Source: Bacteroidota bacterium
GTDB lineage: Bacteria > Bacteroidota > Bacteroidia > 2-12-FULL-35-15
Direction: 5' to 3'
Assembly: GCA_052389695.1 (NCBI GenBank)
Contig: JBQTHQ010000073.1
Coordinates: 1-62,214 of the forward strand
DNA length: 62,214 nt
Part shown: piece after piece, positions 38,954-48,210 of the stretch
How positions within the stretch are numbered: position 1 is the first letter of the stretch
How the letters are laid out: every line of letters begins with the position of its first letter
Position numbers and translations under genes: made by a program
The notes under the pieces: model-generated
Told to the model about the DNA's origin: nothing
The model's database searches: none
The model's input: only the letters and a program-made list of their open reading frames with translations

Positions 38954-40357
38954 ATGTCGAAAATCAATAATGATAATTCTGTTGACTGGGAAAGTGAATT
39001 AAAACTTACCGCTTTTAAATACCATGTATTGATTGCATGGGTGGCGATAATATTAAATCCTATTTGGGTAATTGCCGATTATTATACCAATCCCTTACAT
39101 GCCATCGATTTTTTGATCTTTCGTGCAATTGTTTCATTTGCAACACTTTTAGCAATCTTTTTTAAAAACAAATTAAAAGACCGTCCGGAAATTATTGCAC
39201 TGGTACCATTCTTGGGTATATCCATTCAAAATGCTTACATGTATAGTGTAATGGATGTTCCGGGATTACAAAACCATACCTTTGCTTATATCGCTTTATT
39301 TATTGGTGCTGGTATGTTTGTATTGTGGAAACCTGTTTATTCTATCATAATAGTTGTTCTGTCTTTTGTATCTAACATTCTTTTATTTGGGCTGAATAGC
39401 CAATTGACCGTGGCTGAGATTCTAATCAATGGAGGGTTACTTACCGCTTCTGTAGCCTTATTCACCATTTTGCTAATTCATACACGCACGAATCTTACAA
39501 AAAAAGAAATTATTGCACGTATGGCTTTGGCGCAATCAAATAAAAAACTGGCAATACAAAATGAGATCATTGAGGAAAAAAATAAAGATATCCGTGATAG
39601 CATCAATTATGCGCAGCGTATCCAACAAGCTATATTACCACCTTTCGAAAAAATCGATAAGGTGCTGAATGATTATTTTATTTTATACAAACCCAAAGAT
39701 ATTGTAAGCGGTGATTTTTATTGGCATGCGTCCACACAAACTGCTTTAGATAGTAAGAAGCCCGATGAAGACATTGTGATCTTAGCGGCTGTAGATTGTA
39801 CAGGACATGGGGTTCCGGGAGCGCTTATGAGTATTGTTGGCAGTACCGTTTTAAATCAAACTATTGCAAATGCTGCTATTAATAATCCTGCTGATGTTCT
39901 CGCTTATTTAAACAAGGAAATTACCAAAACACTGAATTCTATTAAAGATGGAATGGACATGTCCTTATGCTCCATAAACATAAAAAAAATGGAATTACAA
40001 TATGCGGGAGCAAACAACCCAATATACATTGTGCGTAACAAAAAATTTATTGAAATAAAGGCTGATAAACAAGCAATTGGTGCTGACACAGAGGATTCCG
40101 GTGAAAAAACATTTACCAATCACATTCTTCCGCTTGAAAAAGGCGATGCCATTTATATGTTTACAGATGGTTATGCCGATCAGTTTGGCGGTCCGCTGGG
40201 TAAAAAATTCAAATACAAAAAGTTTCAGGAACTGCTCACTGACATACAGGACAATGCAATGAAAGAACAAAAATATTTACTCAATTATCATCATGAACAA
40301 TGGAGAGGAGAGTTAGAACAGGTGGATGATATCCTAGTGATCGGCATTAAGATATAA
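38954..40357 (+). CDS. Membrane-anchored SpoIIE/PP2C-type phosphatase (SiaA-like)
   Basis: About 6 TM helices and a coiled coil; SINYAQRIQ, VSGDFY, DCTGHGVPGA, DGMD, TDGYADQFGG and VDDI. Confidence 0.9.
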   Translation: MSKINNDNSVDWESELKLTAFKYHVLIAWVAIILNPIWVIADYYTNPLHAIDFLIFRAIVSFATLLAIFFKNKLKDRPEIIALVPFLGISIQNAYMYSVMDVPGLQNHTFAYIALFIGAGMFVLWKPVYSIIIVVLSFVSNILLFGLNSQLTVAEILINGGLLTASVALFTILLIHTRTNLTKKEIIARMALAQSNKKLAIQNEIIEEKNKDIRDSINYAQRIQQAILPPFEKIDKVLNDYFILYKPKDIVSGDFYWHASTQTALDSKKPDEDIVILAAVDCTGHGVPGALMSIVGSTVLNQTIANAAINNPADVLAYLNKEITKTLNSIKDGMDMSLCSINIKKMELQYAGANNPIYIVRNKKFIEIKADKQAIGADTEDSGEKTFTNHILPLEKGDAIYMFTDGYADQFGGPLGKKFKYKKFQELLTDIQDNAMKEQKYLLNYHHEQWRGELEQVDDILVIGIKI

Positions 40358-40518
40358 AATGGATACATTGTCTTAAATCCTGCTGTTTATTAGCATCTGA
40401 AGATAGGAACAAAAGCATGGCAAAGTTTTGTTAAAAATATGGGGAGATCCAATATTGACGGTAGAAATCGGCATTTTAAAGGTTTTGGCCATAAAGTTTG
40501 AAATAATATAAATTTTAC

Positions 40519-40526
40519 TAAATTTG
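40519..40526 (+). promoter_or_regulatory. sigmaA promoter (-7 TAAATTTG, with -33 TTTG at 40497)
   Basis: Consensus match with plausible spacing. Confidence 0.6.
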
Positions 40527-40578
40527 TATTCGCTATAGCTGATTGGGCTTGATTAATATTTAAAATTAACTTATATCC

Positions 40579-41373
40579 ATGAAACGTATCTTATTTTATA
40601 AAATTTTAGCGGTCAGTGTCTTTTTCCTAACATTCAATTCATGCAAAAAGGATAAACCTGATACCGAAACCCAATCGGCTGTGGATAATAGCATCTGTGA
40701 GGACGAATTCACTAAAATTATGCCTACAGTAAACAGTATGGGAATGAAAGAAGATAGTATCAAGGGGATGATGCTTGCAGCGTGTCCTACTATCACAGTA
40801 TCTACAGGCGGCTGGCCACGGATACTTACTATTAATTATGGTACTGGTTGTAATGATAGTATTGATGGAAAAATCCGGAAAGGAAAGGTTATTTGTAAAT
40901 TTTATAGCAAATGGAGCACAATAGGAAGCAAAGTAACTGTTACTTTAGAAAATTATTATGTTAATAACATCCGTTATACAGCGGATAGCGTTACTATTTC
41001 ACGTGATGCGGCTTATACGTTTACCAATACCATTTATAACGGAAAATCTATAGGTTCGGGGTGGAGTTTAGAATGGTCGGCAACACGCACTACAACACAA
41101 TTGGATGGCTATAATACAGCATTAAATCCTTATGATGATGTATTTCAGGTAACCGGTAATGCCAATGGCAAAAACCGAAATGGCTTAACTTATACTATCA
41201 ATATAGCATCACCTATCGTTAAACGTTCAACCTGTGCATGGATAGAATCAGGGAAACTTGATCTGACACCAAGCGGGTATGCGACCCGAAGTGTTGATTT
41301 TGGTACCGGATCTTGTGATGACAAGGCCACAATTACAATTGGTGGTAACACATTTAATTTTCAAATGAAGTAA
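40579..41373 (+). CDS. Hypothetical Cys-containing lipoprotein
   Basis: Lipobox FNSC; CP...INYGTGC...RKG; VDFGTGSCDDKA. Confidence 0.75.
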   Translation: MKRILFYKILAVSVFFLTFNSCKKDKPDTETQSAVDNSICEDEFTKIMPTVNSMGMKEDSIKGMMLAACPTITVSTGGWPRILTINYGTGCNDSIDGKIRKGKVICKFYSKWSTIGSKVTVTLENYYVNNIRYTADSVTISRDAAYTFTNTIYNGKSIGSGWSLEWSATRTTTQLDGYNTALNPYDDVFQVTGNANGKNRNGLTYTINIASPIVKRSTCAWIESGKLDLTPSGYATRSVDFGTGSCDDKATITIGGNTFNFQMK

Positions 41374-41470
41374 GAGAGGTTTAACACCCCAATTTGTGGA
41401 TGTAAAACTTATTTATATATTTGCTTGATTTAATTTTTGGACTAAGCCTTATCGAATTAATAAGCGTTTT

Positions 41471-42016
41471 ATGATGTTAGATATATATGATTTCTACGAT
41501 AAAATGGAGCGTAATAATATTATGCTCTCTTTTAAAGGCGACATAACCTCCGAATTACTCACATCTATTCTGCAGATAATGGAGTCTAAGCTGGACAACC
41601 TGCAGGAGGAACCAAAGATTAAAAAGAAGGTTTATAATGTTTTGGTCGAATGTTTGCAAAACCTCTATCATCATATGGATGAGGTTGCACCTGATCAAAA
41701 TGACAAAGCCCGCTCGGCTATTTTTATGATTGGGAAAATTAATAACCAGTACACTATTATCACCGGTAATTATATTAAAAAAGACGCTGTAGAAAGCTTA
41801 AAAAAACGTTTAGAAGACATCAACCTTCTTTCAAAAGAAGAATTAAAGGAATATTATAAAGCAACCTTAAACAATGGGCAAATGTCATTAAAAGGCGGAG
41901 GCGGATTAGGGATGATTGACATAGCACGTAAAACAGGAGAAAAATTAAATTTCAATTTTCTACCGGTGGACGATAAATTTTCATTTTTCAGTTTAAATAT
42001 TAAAATATCTCAATAA
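41471..42016 (+). CDS. siaB: SiaB family protein kinase (DUF6272-like)
   Basis: FKGDIT, VECLQNLYHH, TGN and GGGGLGMIDIARK (GHKL-like ATP motifs). Confidence 0.85.
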   Translation: MMLDIYDFYDKMERNNIMLSFKGDITSELLTSILQIMESKLDNLQEEPKIKKKVYNVLVECLQNLYHHMDEVAPDQNDKARSAIFMIGKINNQYTIITGNYIKKDAVESLKKRLEDINLLSKEELKEYYKATLNNGQMSLKGGGGLGMIDIARKTGEKLNFNFLPVDDKFSFFSLNIKISQ

Positions 42017-42031
42017 AAAATAAAATAACGT

Positions 42032-42412
42032 ATGGAAACAATTTCAATTGAAGGAACGCCAAAAACACCAACCATCACTTTTGACACAGGTAAGGGGTTT
42101 TTAGAAATTAAAGGACGCTCAATCCCGGAAAACTCTATCGAGTTTTATAAACCATTAGTGGATTGGCTGGAAAAATATGCCTCAAAACCACAACCGGCAA
42201 CCAATGTAAATATCCAGCTGGAATATTTCAACACCAGCTCCTCTAAATGTATTTTGGATGTATTCAAAAAATTAGAGGCGATCAATAAAGGTGGTAGTCA
42301 GGTAACTATCAACTGGCATTATGAAGAAGATGATGAGGATATGCTTGAAGCAGGTGAAGATTACCAGGCAATTATTAACGTGCCGTTTAAAATGGTTCAG
42401 GTAGCTGAATAA
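42032..42412 (+). CDS. siaC: SiaC family regulatory phosphoprotein (DUF1987)
   Basis: TPKTP, GRSIPEN..EFY, EYFNTSSSK (Thr68) and WHYEEDDEDM..GEDY. Confidence 0.9.
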   Translation: METISIEGTPKTPTITFDTGKGFLEIKGRSIPENSIEFYKPLVDWLEKYASKPQPATNVNIQLEYFNTSSSKCILDVFKKLEAINKGGSQVTINWHYEEDDEDMLEAGEDYQAIINVPFKMVQVAE

Positions 42413-42429
42413 GCTTTCTCATAAAACTT

Positions 42430-42467
42430 AAAAAGGGAACAAAAGCAATGCTTTTTGTTCCCTTTTT
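42430..42467. terminator. Bidirectional intrinsic terminator
   Basis: AAAAAGGGAACAAAAGCA...TGCTTTTTGTTCCCTTTTT. Confidence 0.85.
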
Positions 42468-42474
42468 GTTTGCT

Positions 42475-43303
42475 TTACAAATTAAAGGAAAAACCTACAT
42501 TCAAACCCAGTGAAAATGTTTTAGTCGGCTTATATGCGCTTTTCTCACCAAATACATTTTCATAATCCTTGCCCTTATCATCCTCACCTGTTATATCGGA
42601 AAACCCTTTGGTTATTTCGGGGGCTATACGTAAAAACAAGCGCTCAGTCATGGCAGCAGCAATACCTACTGAAGCTCTGAAAGACACATTGTAAAATTTA
42701 TAAATATCCGTATATTCTTTATCATGAGACTGATTTTTATAATCATAGTACGGATTATTTTGCGAAATATCACTAAAATAAGGATTACCATAATAATATT
42801 TTCCCATATTTTCAATGCTTCCTTTTTTAGTATACTTTCCTCCAATTAAAAAACTATTCACAATACCCACATCAATAAAGCCATAATAAGTTTCAGAACT
42901 TCCCAATAATAAATGTAATGTGAGGGGTACATCTAAATATTTAAGATTAGAGGTGTATGCCATATCGGAGTTTATCCAGATATCATAGGTATTTCCATCC
43001 TTATCTATTTGATTAGCTTTTTCAAATAATCCTTTCTGATAAACTATTTCTTTATAGCTGGAGTAACCCAAACCAATACCCAAATCCGAACCTGTCTTTA
43101 AAATATCGATTATAAGAAAATTGAAAATTAAGGCCTGGTTGTTTATCTACCACTTTATATTCATCTTTATCTATGTTGGTATTTATCAGTTTACTCATAG
43201 ACGGACCAGCAGTAACAATGAGTTCTTTTTCTTTAGTCAGTGATTGTGCTAATAAAAATTGAGTACTAAGCAAAATTGTTAAGTATGTAAGACTTATTTT
43301 CAT
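42475..43303 (-). pseudogene. Outer-membrane beta-barrel (PorT/OMP_b-brl-like) protein split by a 1-nt frameshift
   Basis: ORF 43052..43303 (signal peptide) joins 42475..43083 (YLDVPL; C-terminal LGLNVGFSFNL) at GGA-TTT-GGG-TAT. Confidence 0.72.
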
Positions 43304-43404
43304 TGAATTTTTTTTTGATTATCCGCCAAAGGTATTCTTTTTCATCTACCTTATACTAATTTATTTTTTTAGAGCAAATTTGCTACATTCAGCATTATTA
43401 AAAC

Positions 43405-43435
43405 AAAAAAGCGAAGAGAAAACCCTTCGCTTTTT
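43405..43435 (-). terminator. Terminator after the ABC transporter gene
   Basis: AAAAAAGCGAAG...CTTCGCTTTTT. Confidence 0.75.
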
Positions 43436-43454
43436 CAATTTGTATACTTATTTT

Positions 43455-46400
43455 TTATCTTCCCTTTCTTCCCAGCTTACTGAATATAGCTTCCAGCAAA
43501 TTGATAAAATGTTTTAACACATCAAAATAAAGGGTAATGGCCAGTATTAATGACATTATCCAGATGACAGTAAGATTTACCCAAAATGTATCATAATACT
43601 TATCCAATATTCTTTTCCGTGGAGCGAAAAAATGAGCTCGTCCAAAGTTAGAATCAACCGGATCTAAATAAATGGGGTCAATTTTTTGTATATAGGCTCC
43701 ATCCAAATCCAATATCCGATAAGGTGTATTGCGGTTCACAACCAAGTCATGTAAACTCTCATTTTCATATTCATCCTTTGCTTTTAAAAATTTCACGCGC
43801 GACAAGCTGTCTTTATTCATTTCACTGATCACCTTATCTTTCAGATCACTTGCATATTTATAATTTTTCAGATAGCCTGCCTTTAATGTCCCAAGGAATT
43901 CACGAATTTGATTGGCAACTGTTGGGTTAAAAGACGCAATATTCAAGCAATCTAGACCGCCACATTTTAATTTTTGATTGCCGGGAACTCTCAATTCCTT
44001 CTTAATTTCATTTCCTATCATTTTTAAAGCATCAATTACCTCCTGGCGATTTTCAGGATTCTTGTAATTATTTTCAGCATTGTCAATCTTTTTTAAGATT
44101 TCGGTTAACCAGTAATCCTTTTTATAAGTAGCAATGCTTAAGGCTTTATCATATTTGTATGTTTTTTTTGTTACTTCATTTTCTTTAAACTGTTTAACAG
44201 CAAGCGCTTCAAATGCCCAGCGTGATGCCATCATATCTCCCACTACAGGAACTACTTTTTGAGAGGTAATGATCGGATTTAATTTATCAAATTTCACCAT
44301 TACACCGCTGAATAATAATTGCGGAATGATGAGGATTGGAATTAGAATATAAATGGTTACTGCTGAATTAAAACTAGCTGAAATGTTTAATCCAAGCATG
44401 TTCGCGAAGCAAAATGTAGTGAATAACAGAAGCCAGTAAGGACCCATCATACCTTTTATTTCGAGTACATAATTACCAACCGCAACAAATAAAATCGCCT
44501 GAATTGCGGACAAGGTAAACATGATCGTGATTTTCGACCAGATATAACTGCCTTTACTTAAATTCAGAAATGATTCGCGTTTTTGAATTTTCCGGTCACG
44601 TATGATTTCTTCAGCACTTACTGTAAGACCTATGAACAGGGCAACAACCACTGCCATAAACATGTAAATGATAATGTTCTCATTTTCACGAAAAGTGTAT
44701 CCTACCTTATTGGATAAATCTAAATTTATAAATTTTATAAAGTAAGCCAATATAAATGCCAGCACCGGAGCTTCTAATAAATTTATAAAAAGGTATTGTT
44801 TATTGGTTAGTTTTGATAATACATCACGTGTAAGAAATACCTTAAACTGTTTAAATTTATTAGGCACTTTAAATGTGCTTTCCGGTATTTCACTCACCAC
44901 ATCTACATCGGGAATTTTTTTCTCTATCTTTTCTTTATATTGAACATTCCATTCTGAAGGAGAAACCTTGCGGTTATGTGTAATATTACCATATTCGTCC
45001 AATACTTTAGACTCAATAATATTAAATACCTGCTCAGGGTTTACATTACCGCATTCAATACATTCACTTTCATTACTGTTAACGTGGTTTACAACTGTTT
45101 TAAAATAAATGACCGAATCAACAGGATTTCCATAATAGATCGGGTAACCACCCACATCCAATATCATCAGCTTATCAAACATTTTAAAAATATCGGATGA
45201 AGGCTGGTGAATTACAACGAACACCAATTTGCCTTTTAACGCAAGCTCTTTGAGCAAATCCATGATATTCTCTGAATCGCGGGAGGACAGACCTGAGGTA
45301 GGTTCATCCACAAACAAGACCAATGGCTCACGGATCAATTCAAGGGCTATGTTCAAACGTTTACGTTGTCCGCCGGAAATGGTTTTTTCCAAAGGGCTTC
45401 CAACTTTGAGGTCGCGAGTTTCAATTAAACCGATATCGGTTAGCACCTCTACCACCAGGTCAGAAATTTCCTTATCGGATTTATTGCCAAAACAAAGTTT
45501 AGCATTATAAAAAAGATTTTGAAATACGGTTAATTCCTCTATCAATAAATCATCTTGAGAGACATGCCCGATCACACCTTCAATTTTATCCTGTTCGGTA
45601 TGAATGTTAATTCCATTGATCTTTACTGATCCGCCGCTGGGGATTTCATTGCTGTTCAATACATTCAGTAAAGTTGATTTGCCGGCCCCTGAACCTCCCA
45701 TGATACCAATGAGCTTACCCGAATCTTCGCTGAAATTGATGTCACGCAACCCTAGCTTGCCGCCTTTAAATTTGTATTCAAGATTTTGTACTACAAATGA
45801 CACTTTCGCTTTGGAAGTATCACTCATAAAAGCACTTAAAATATCACTATAATAAACCGGTTTAACTTTTGAACTCCGTAAGGAAGATCCGGGGGTTAAA
45901 ATAAATACTTTTCCTTGCGTTAAAATCTGGCCGTTTAAGTATAGATCACTCTTTCCAAAATAAAGCAAGGCATACATATTTACGCTTGGGATCCATAATA
46001 CACGAGTTTGTCCGGTAACGCCTTCCGCAAAAATATGTTTGGCTTCTTTATAATTATGAGAAGTATTATTATCAATCACCAAAATTTTGGAAGAGTCGGG
46101 AACGCTATCCGCATTAGCGCGTATAAATTGCATCGCGCTCTTAAACTCTTCATCTTCAATGTTAAATGTTTCGGCAACTGTTGTTACAAACTCTAATTCC
46201 TGTTCCGCAATTTCGGTATTGGAATTAATAAACTCGATCAAACGAAGTAACACAACCACTTTTTGTACCTGTGTTAATTCCGCATTTATTTGGGTACATA
46301 TTTTTAAAACCTTAACGGAGTTAAGTGAAGTACGTTTGGCTGTTCCGTCTTTCTTTTTTGTTACCTGGTGATGAGCTTCTAAGAATTCATCAAATATCGC

Positions 46401-46541
46401 TAGATATTGATCAACCAGCTCCTGGTTTAATTGTTGCTTTAAAAACGATTGTACGATCAATCGCCCATTATCGTTAATGCCATCAACCCTTGCAATAATT
46501 GCAAACATTTGCATCAGGGCCTTTAATATCCGTTCACTCAT
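43455..46541 (-). CDS. ABCG/White-like ABC transporter (NBD-TMD fusion) with N-terminal TerB-like domain
   Basis: GGSGAGKST, ISGGQRKR, LFVDEPTSGL and IHQPS; ABC-2-type TM region with a large loop; helical N-terminal domain resembling TerB. Confidence 0.85.
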   Translation of the reverse strand: MSERILKALMQMFAIIARVDGINDNGRLIVQSFLKQQLNQELVDQYLAIFDEFLEAHHQVTKKKDGTAKRTSLNSVKVLKICTQINAELTQVQKVVVLLRLIEFINSNTEIAEQELEFVTTVAETFNIEDEEFKSAMQFIRANADSVPDSSKILVIDNNTSHNYKEAKHIFAEGVTGQTRVLWIPSVNMYALLYFGKSDLYLNGQILTQGKVFILTPGSSLRSSKVKPVYYSDILSAFMSDTSKAKVSFVVQNLEYKFKGGKLGLRDINFSEDSGKLIGIMGGSGAGKSTLLNVLNSNEIPSGGSVKINGINIHTEQDKIEGVIGHVSQDDLLIEELTVFQNLFYNAKLCFGNKSDKEISDLVVEVLTDIGLIETRDLKVGSPLEKTISGGQRKRLNIALELIREPLVLFVDEPTSGLSSRDSENIMDLLKELALKGKLVFVVIHQPSSDIFKMFDKLMILDVGGYPIYYGNPVDSVIYFKTVVNHVNSNESECIECGNVNPEQVFNIIESKVLDEYGNITHNRKVSPSEWNVQYKEKIEKKIPDVDVVSEIPESTFKVPNKFKQFKVFLTRDVLSKLTNKQYLFINLLEAPVLAFILAYFIKFINLDLSNKVGYTFRENENIIIYMFMAVVVALFIGLTVSAEEIIRDRKIQKRESFLNLSKGSYIWSKITIMFTLSAIQAILFVAVGNYVLEIKGMMGPYWLLLFTTFCFANMLGLNISASFNSAVTIYILIPILIIPQLLFSGVMVKFDKLNPIITSQKVVPVVGDMMASRWAFEALAVKQFKENEVTKKTYKYDKALSIATYKKDYWLTEILKKIDNAENNYKNPENRQEVIDALKMIGNEIKKELRVPGNQKLKCGGLDCLNIASFNPTVANQIREFLGTLKAGYLKNYKYASDLKDKVISEMNKDSLSRVKFLKAKDEYENESLHDLVVNRNTPYRILDLDGAYIQKIDPIYLDPVDSNFGRAHFFAPRKRILDKYYDTFWVNLTVIWIMSLILAITLYFDVLKHFINLLEAIFSKLGRKGR

Positions 46542-46600
46542 TTCTTAAAAAAATTAAATCTTTTATCTATTTGAAAACAGGATTACAAACAAGTTTTTAG

Positions 46601-46639
46601 AAAAAAAAGACATTAATACCGCAGTAATAATGCCTTTTT
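46601..46639 (-). terminator. Possible terminator between the small secreted protein gene and the ABC gene
   Basis: Minus strand AAAAAGGCATTATTAC...GTATTAATGTCTTTTTTTT. Confidence 0.55.
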
Positions 46640-46659
46640 CAAAAAATTATTAATGTATA

Positions 46660-47094
46660 TTATTTCTGTTGTTTAAATCCTATCAATACAACCGCTCTGC
46701 CGGAACCTTGTGCCCCTCCATCCAATTTTGCTTCAATGATACAATCCAGAGTACTATTAATTTTAAAATCCCAATAGGGAGCATTTTTAAATTCACTGTT
46801 AGTAAACAATAAGTTCCGCTCAGTATCATACACTGAAAAAACAAGATTCCCATCAGCTAAACCACTGCAGGCTGCAATGCGATATAATGTTCCACCATAA
46901 AGAGTAGAATGGAATTCAGCTGTTTCATCTACATTCATTAATAAGGCACGATATTGCTGCCCATCAGATATATAACTGTTTTCAAGATGTCTGGCACAAG
47001 CGCTGGCAACTGTATCTCCAATTTGTGCAGAAGCAGTGCTTACTATTATAAATCCACCAACTATTAACACTAATTTTAAAATTCCTTTTTTCAT
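46660..47094 (-). CDS. Hypothetical secreted protein
   Basis: Signal peptide ending ASA-Q; beta-rich; 3 Cys. Confidence 0.75.
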   Translation of the reverse strand: MKKGILKLVLIVGGFIIVSTASAQIGDTVASACARHLENSYISDGQQYRALLMNVDETAEFHSTLYGGTLYRIAACSGLADGNLVFSVYDTERNLLFTNSEFKNAPYWDFKINSTLDCIIEAKLDGGAQGSGRAVVLIGFKQQK

Positions 47095-47124
47095 CTGGTT
47101 TTATATTTTGAAGATTAAATGCTG

Positions 47125-48021
47125 TTAGCCAACTATCTGGCCCCTGATTGATTTAATCTTTTGTGTAATTGACTCAATTTGCTCAGGTGAAATCTTTACC
47201 TCTGTTTTGCTGTTAACTGTTGTCATTTTTTTATCAGCATCCGTGGTTGGTTTTTCATAAGTATATTTAAACTCCACACCGTCAAATACGGTTGAAAGAT
47301 CATTTAAATTATCAATAAATTCAGTGTACTCAGGCTGACTATAATATTGAGTTAGTAATTTGATCAAACTTTGTAAAGATGACTTTTGTTCCGCTATCCT
47401 GCGTTTCACATCTTCATTGGGTTTTATTTTATAGACATTGGTAGCGAAATACAAACTTTCGATCCAGCCACCGGCAAGCACCAACCCACTAACGTCACTA
47501 CGATCATTATTCTTCAGATAAGCGTCACTTGAGCGGTAGGCAACCCCCACCAATACCAACATCGAATCTTTATTTCCCAAATTCTTCTGAAAACGTTCTA
47601 AGGTTTGGGTATCAAATGCTCCGGAAACACCTAATTCATCAGCTAATTTTTTAGCGGAATTAAGATACCCGATAGCATCTTGTGTTTGGTCGTAAATGGT
47701 AACATATCCCAGGTCAGCACCATAAATGCCTAAATTCAATGCTTTGGAAAAGTTGGTAGAGTATTGTGATGATTTATTAGATGCATTCAACACATCTTTG
47801 CTATATGCCGCACCGCTATTTTTAATCAAAAAAGCAGTTTGAATAGGAGAAGGGATACTGAAAATTTCACCATTTATATTTATAATAGCACTTTGTGTAC
47901 TATCAACCGGAGGCAGATCATCGGAATCCTTTGTCCCATCGCCCCCACAACCTGCAGCTAATAATGCAGCAATTGACAATAAGGGTAGTGCTTTTCTAAA
48001 TTTTATTCGTTTTAATCTCAT
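47125..48021 (-). CDS. Hypothetical alpha-helical lipoprotein
   Basis: Lipobox AAGC plus acidic tail; IPSP, KALNLGIYGADLGY and AGGWIESLY. Confidence 0.78.
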   Translation of the reverse strand: MRLKRIKFRKALPLLSIAALLAAGCGGDGTKDSDDLPPVDSTQSAIININGEIFSIPSPIQTAFLIKNSGAAYSKDVLNASNKSSQYSTNFSKALNLGIYGADLGYVTIYDQTQDAIGYLNSAKKLADELGVSGAFDTQTLERFQKNLGNKDSMLVLVGVAYRSSDAYLKNNDRSDVSGLVLAGGWIESLYFATNVYKIKPNEDVKRRIAEQKSSLQSLIKLLTQYYSQPEYTEFIDNLNDLSTVFDGVEFKYTYEKPTTDADKKMTTVNSKTEVKISPEQIESITQKIKSIRGQIVG

Positions 48022-48210
48022 TTCAACTTATGTTTTTTATGATGTTAAATTTATTAATTCCGTTATCCTAAGAACTAAAAGAATGTCCAAAAATAATACT
48101 TTATCCAATAAATCAAACAATTCATGAGTGTTTTTTTGTATTTTTTATAACCCTAAGGGATCCAAGGTGTTGAAGTGTTTTAAATAACCAATAAAAGCAA
48201 GGATTTTAGC

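Noticed and set aside
40418-40500. Additional sigma54-like motifs upstream of the lipoprotein gene
   Set aside because: The TGGC-to-TTG spacing is off by one in both candidates; a sigmaA -33/-7 pair explains the region.
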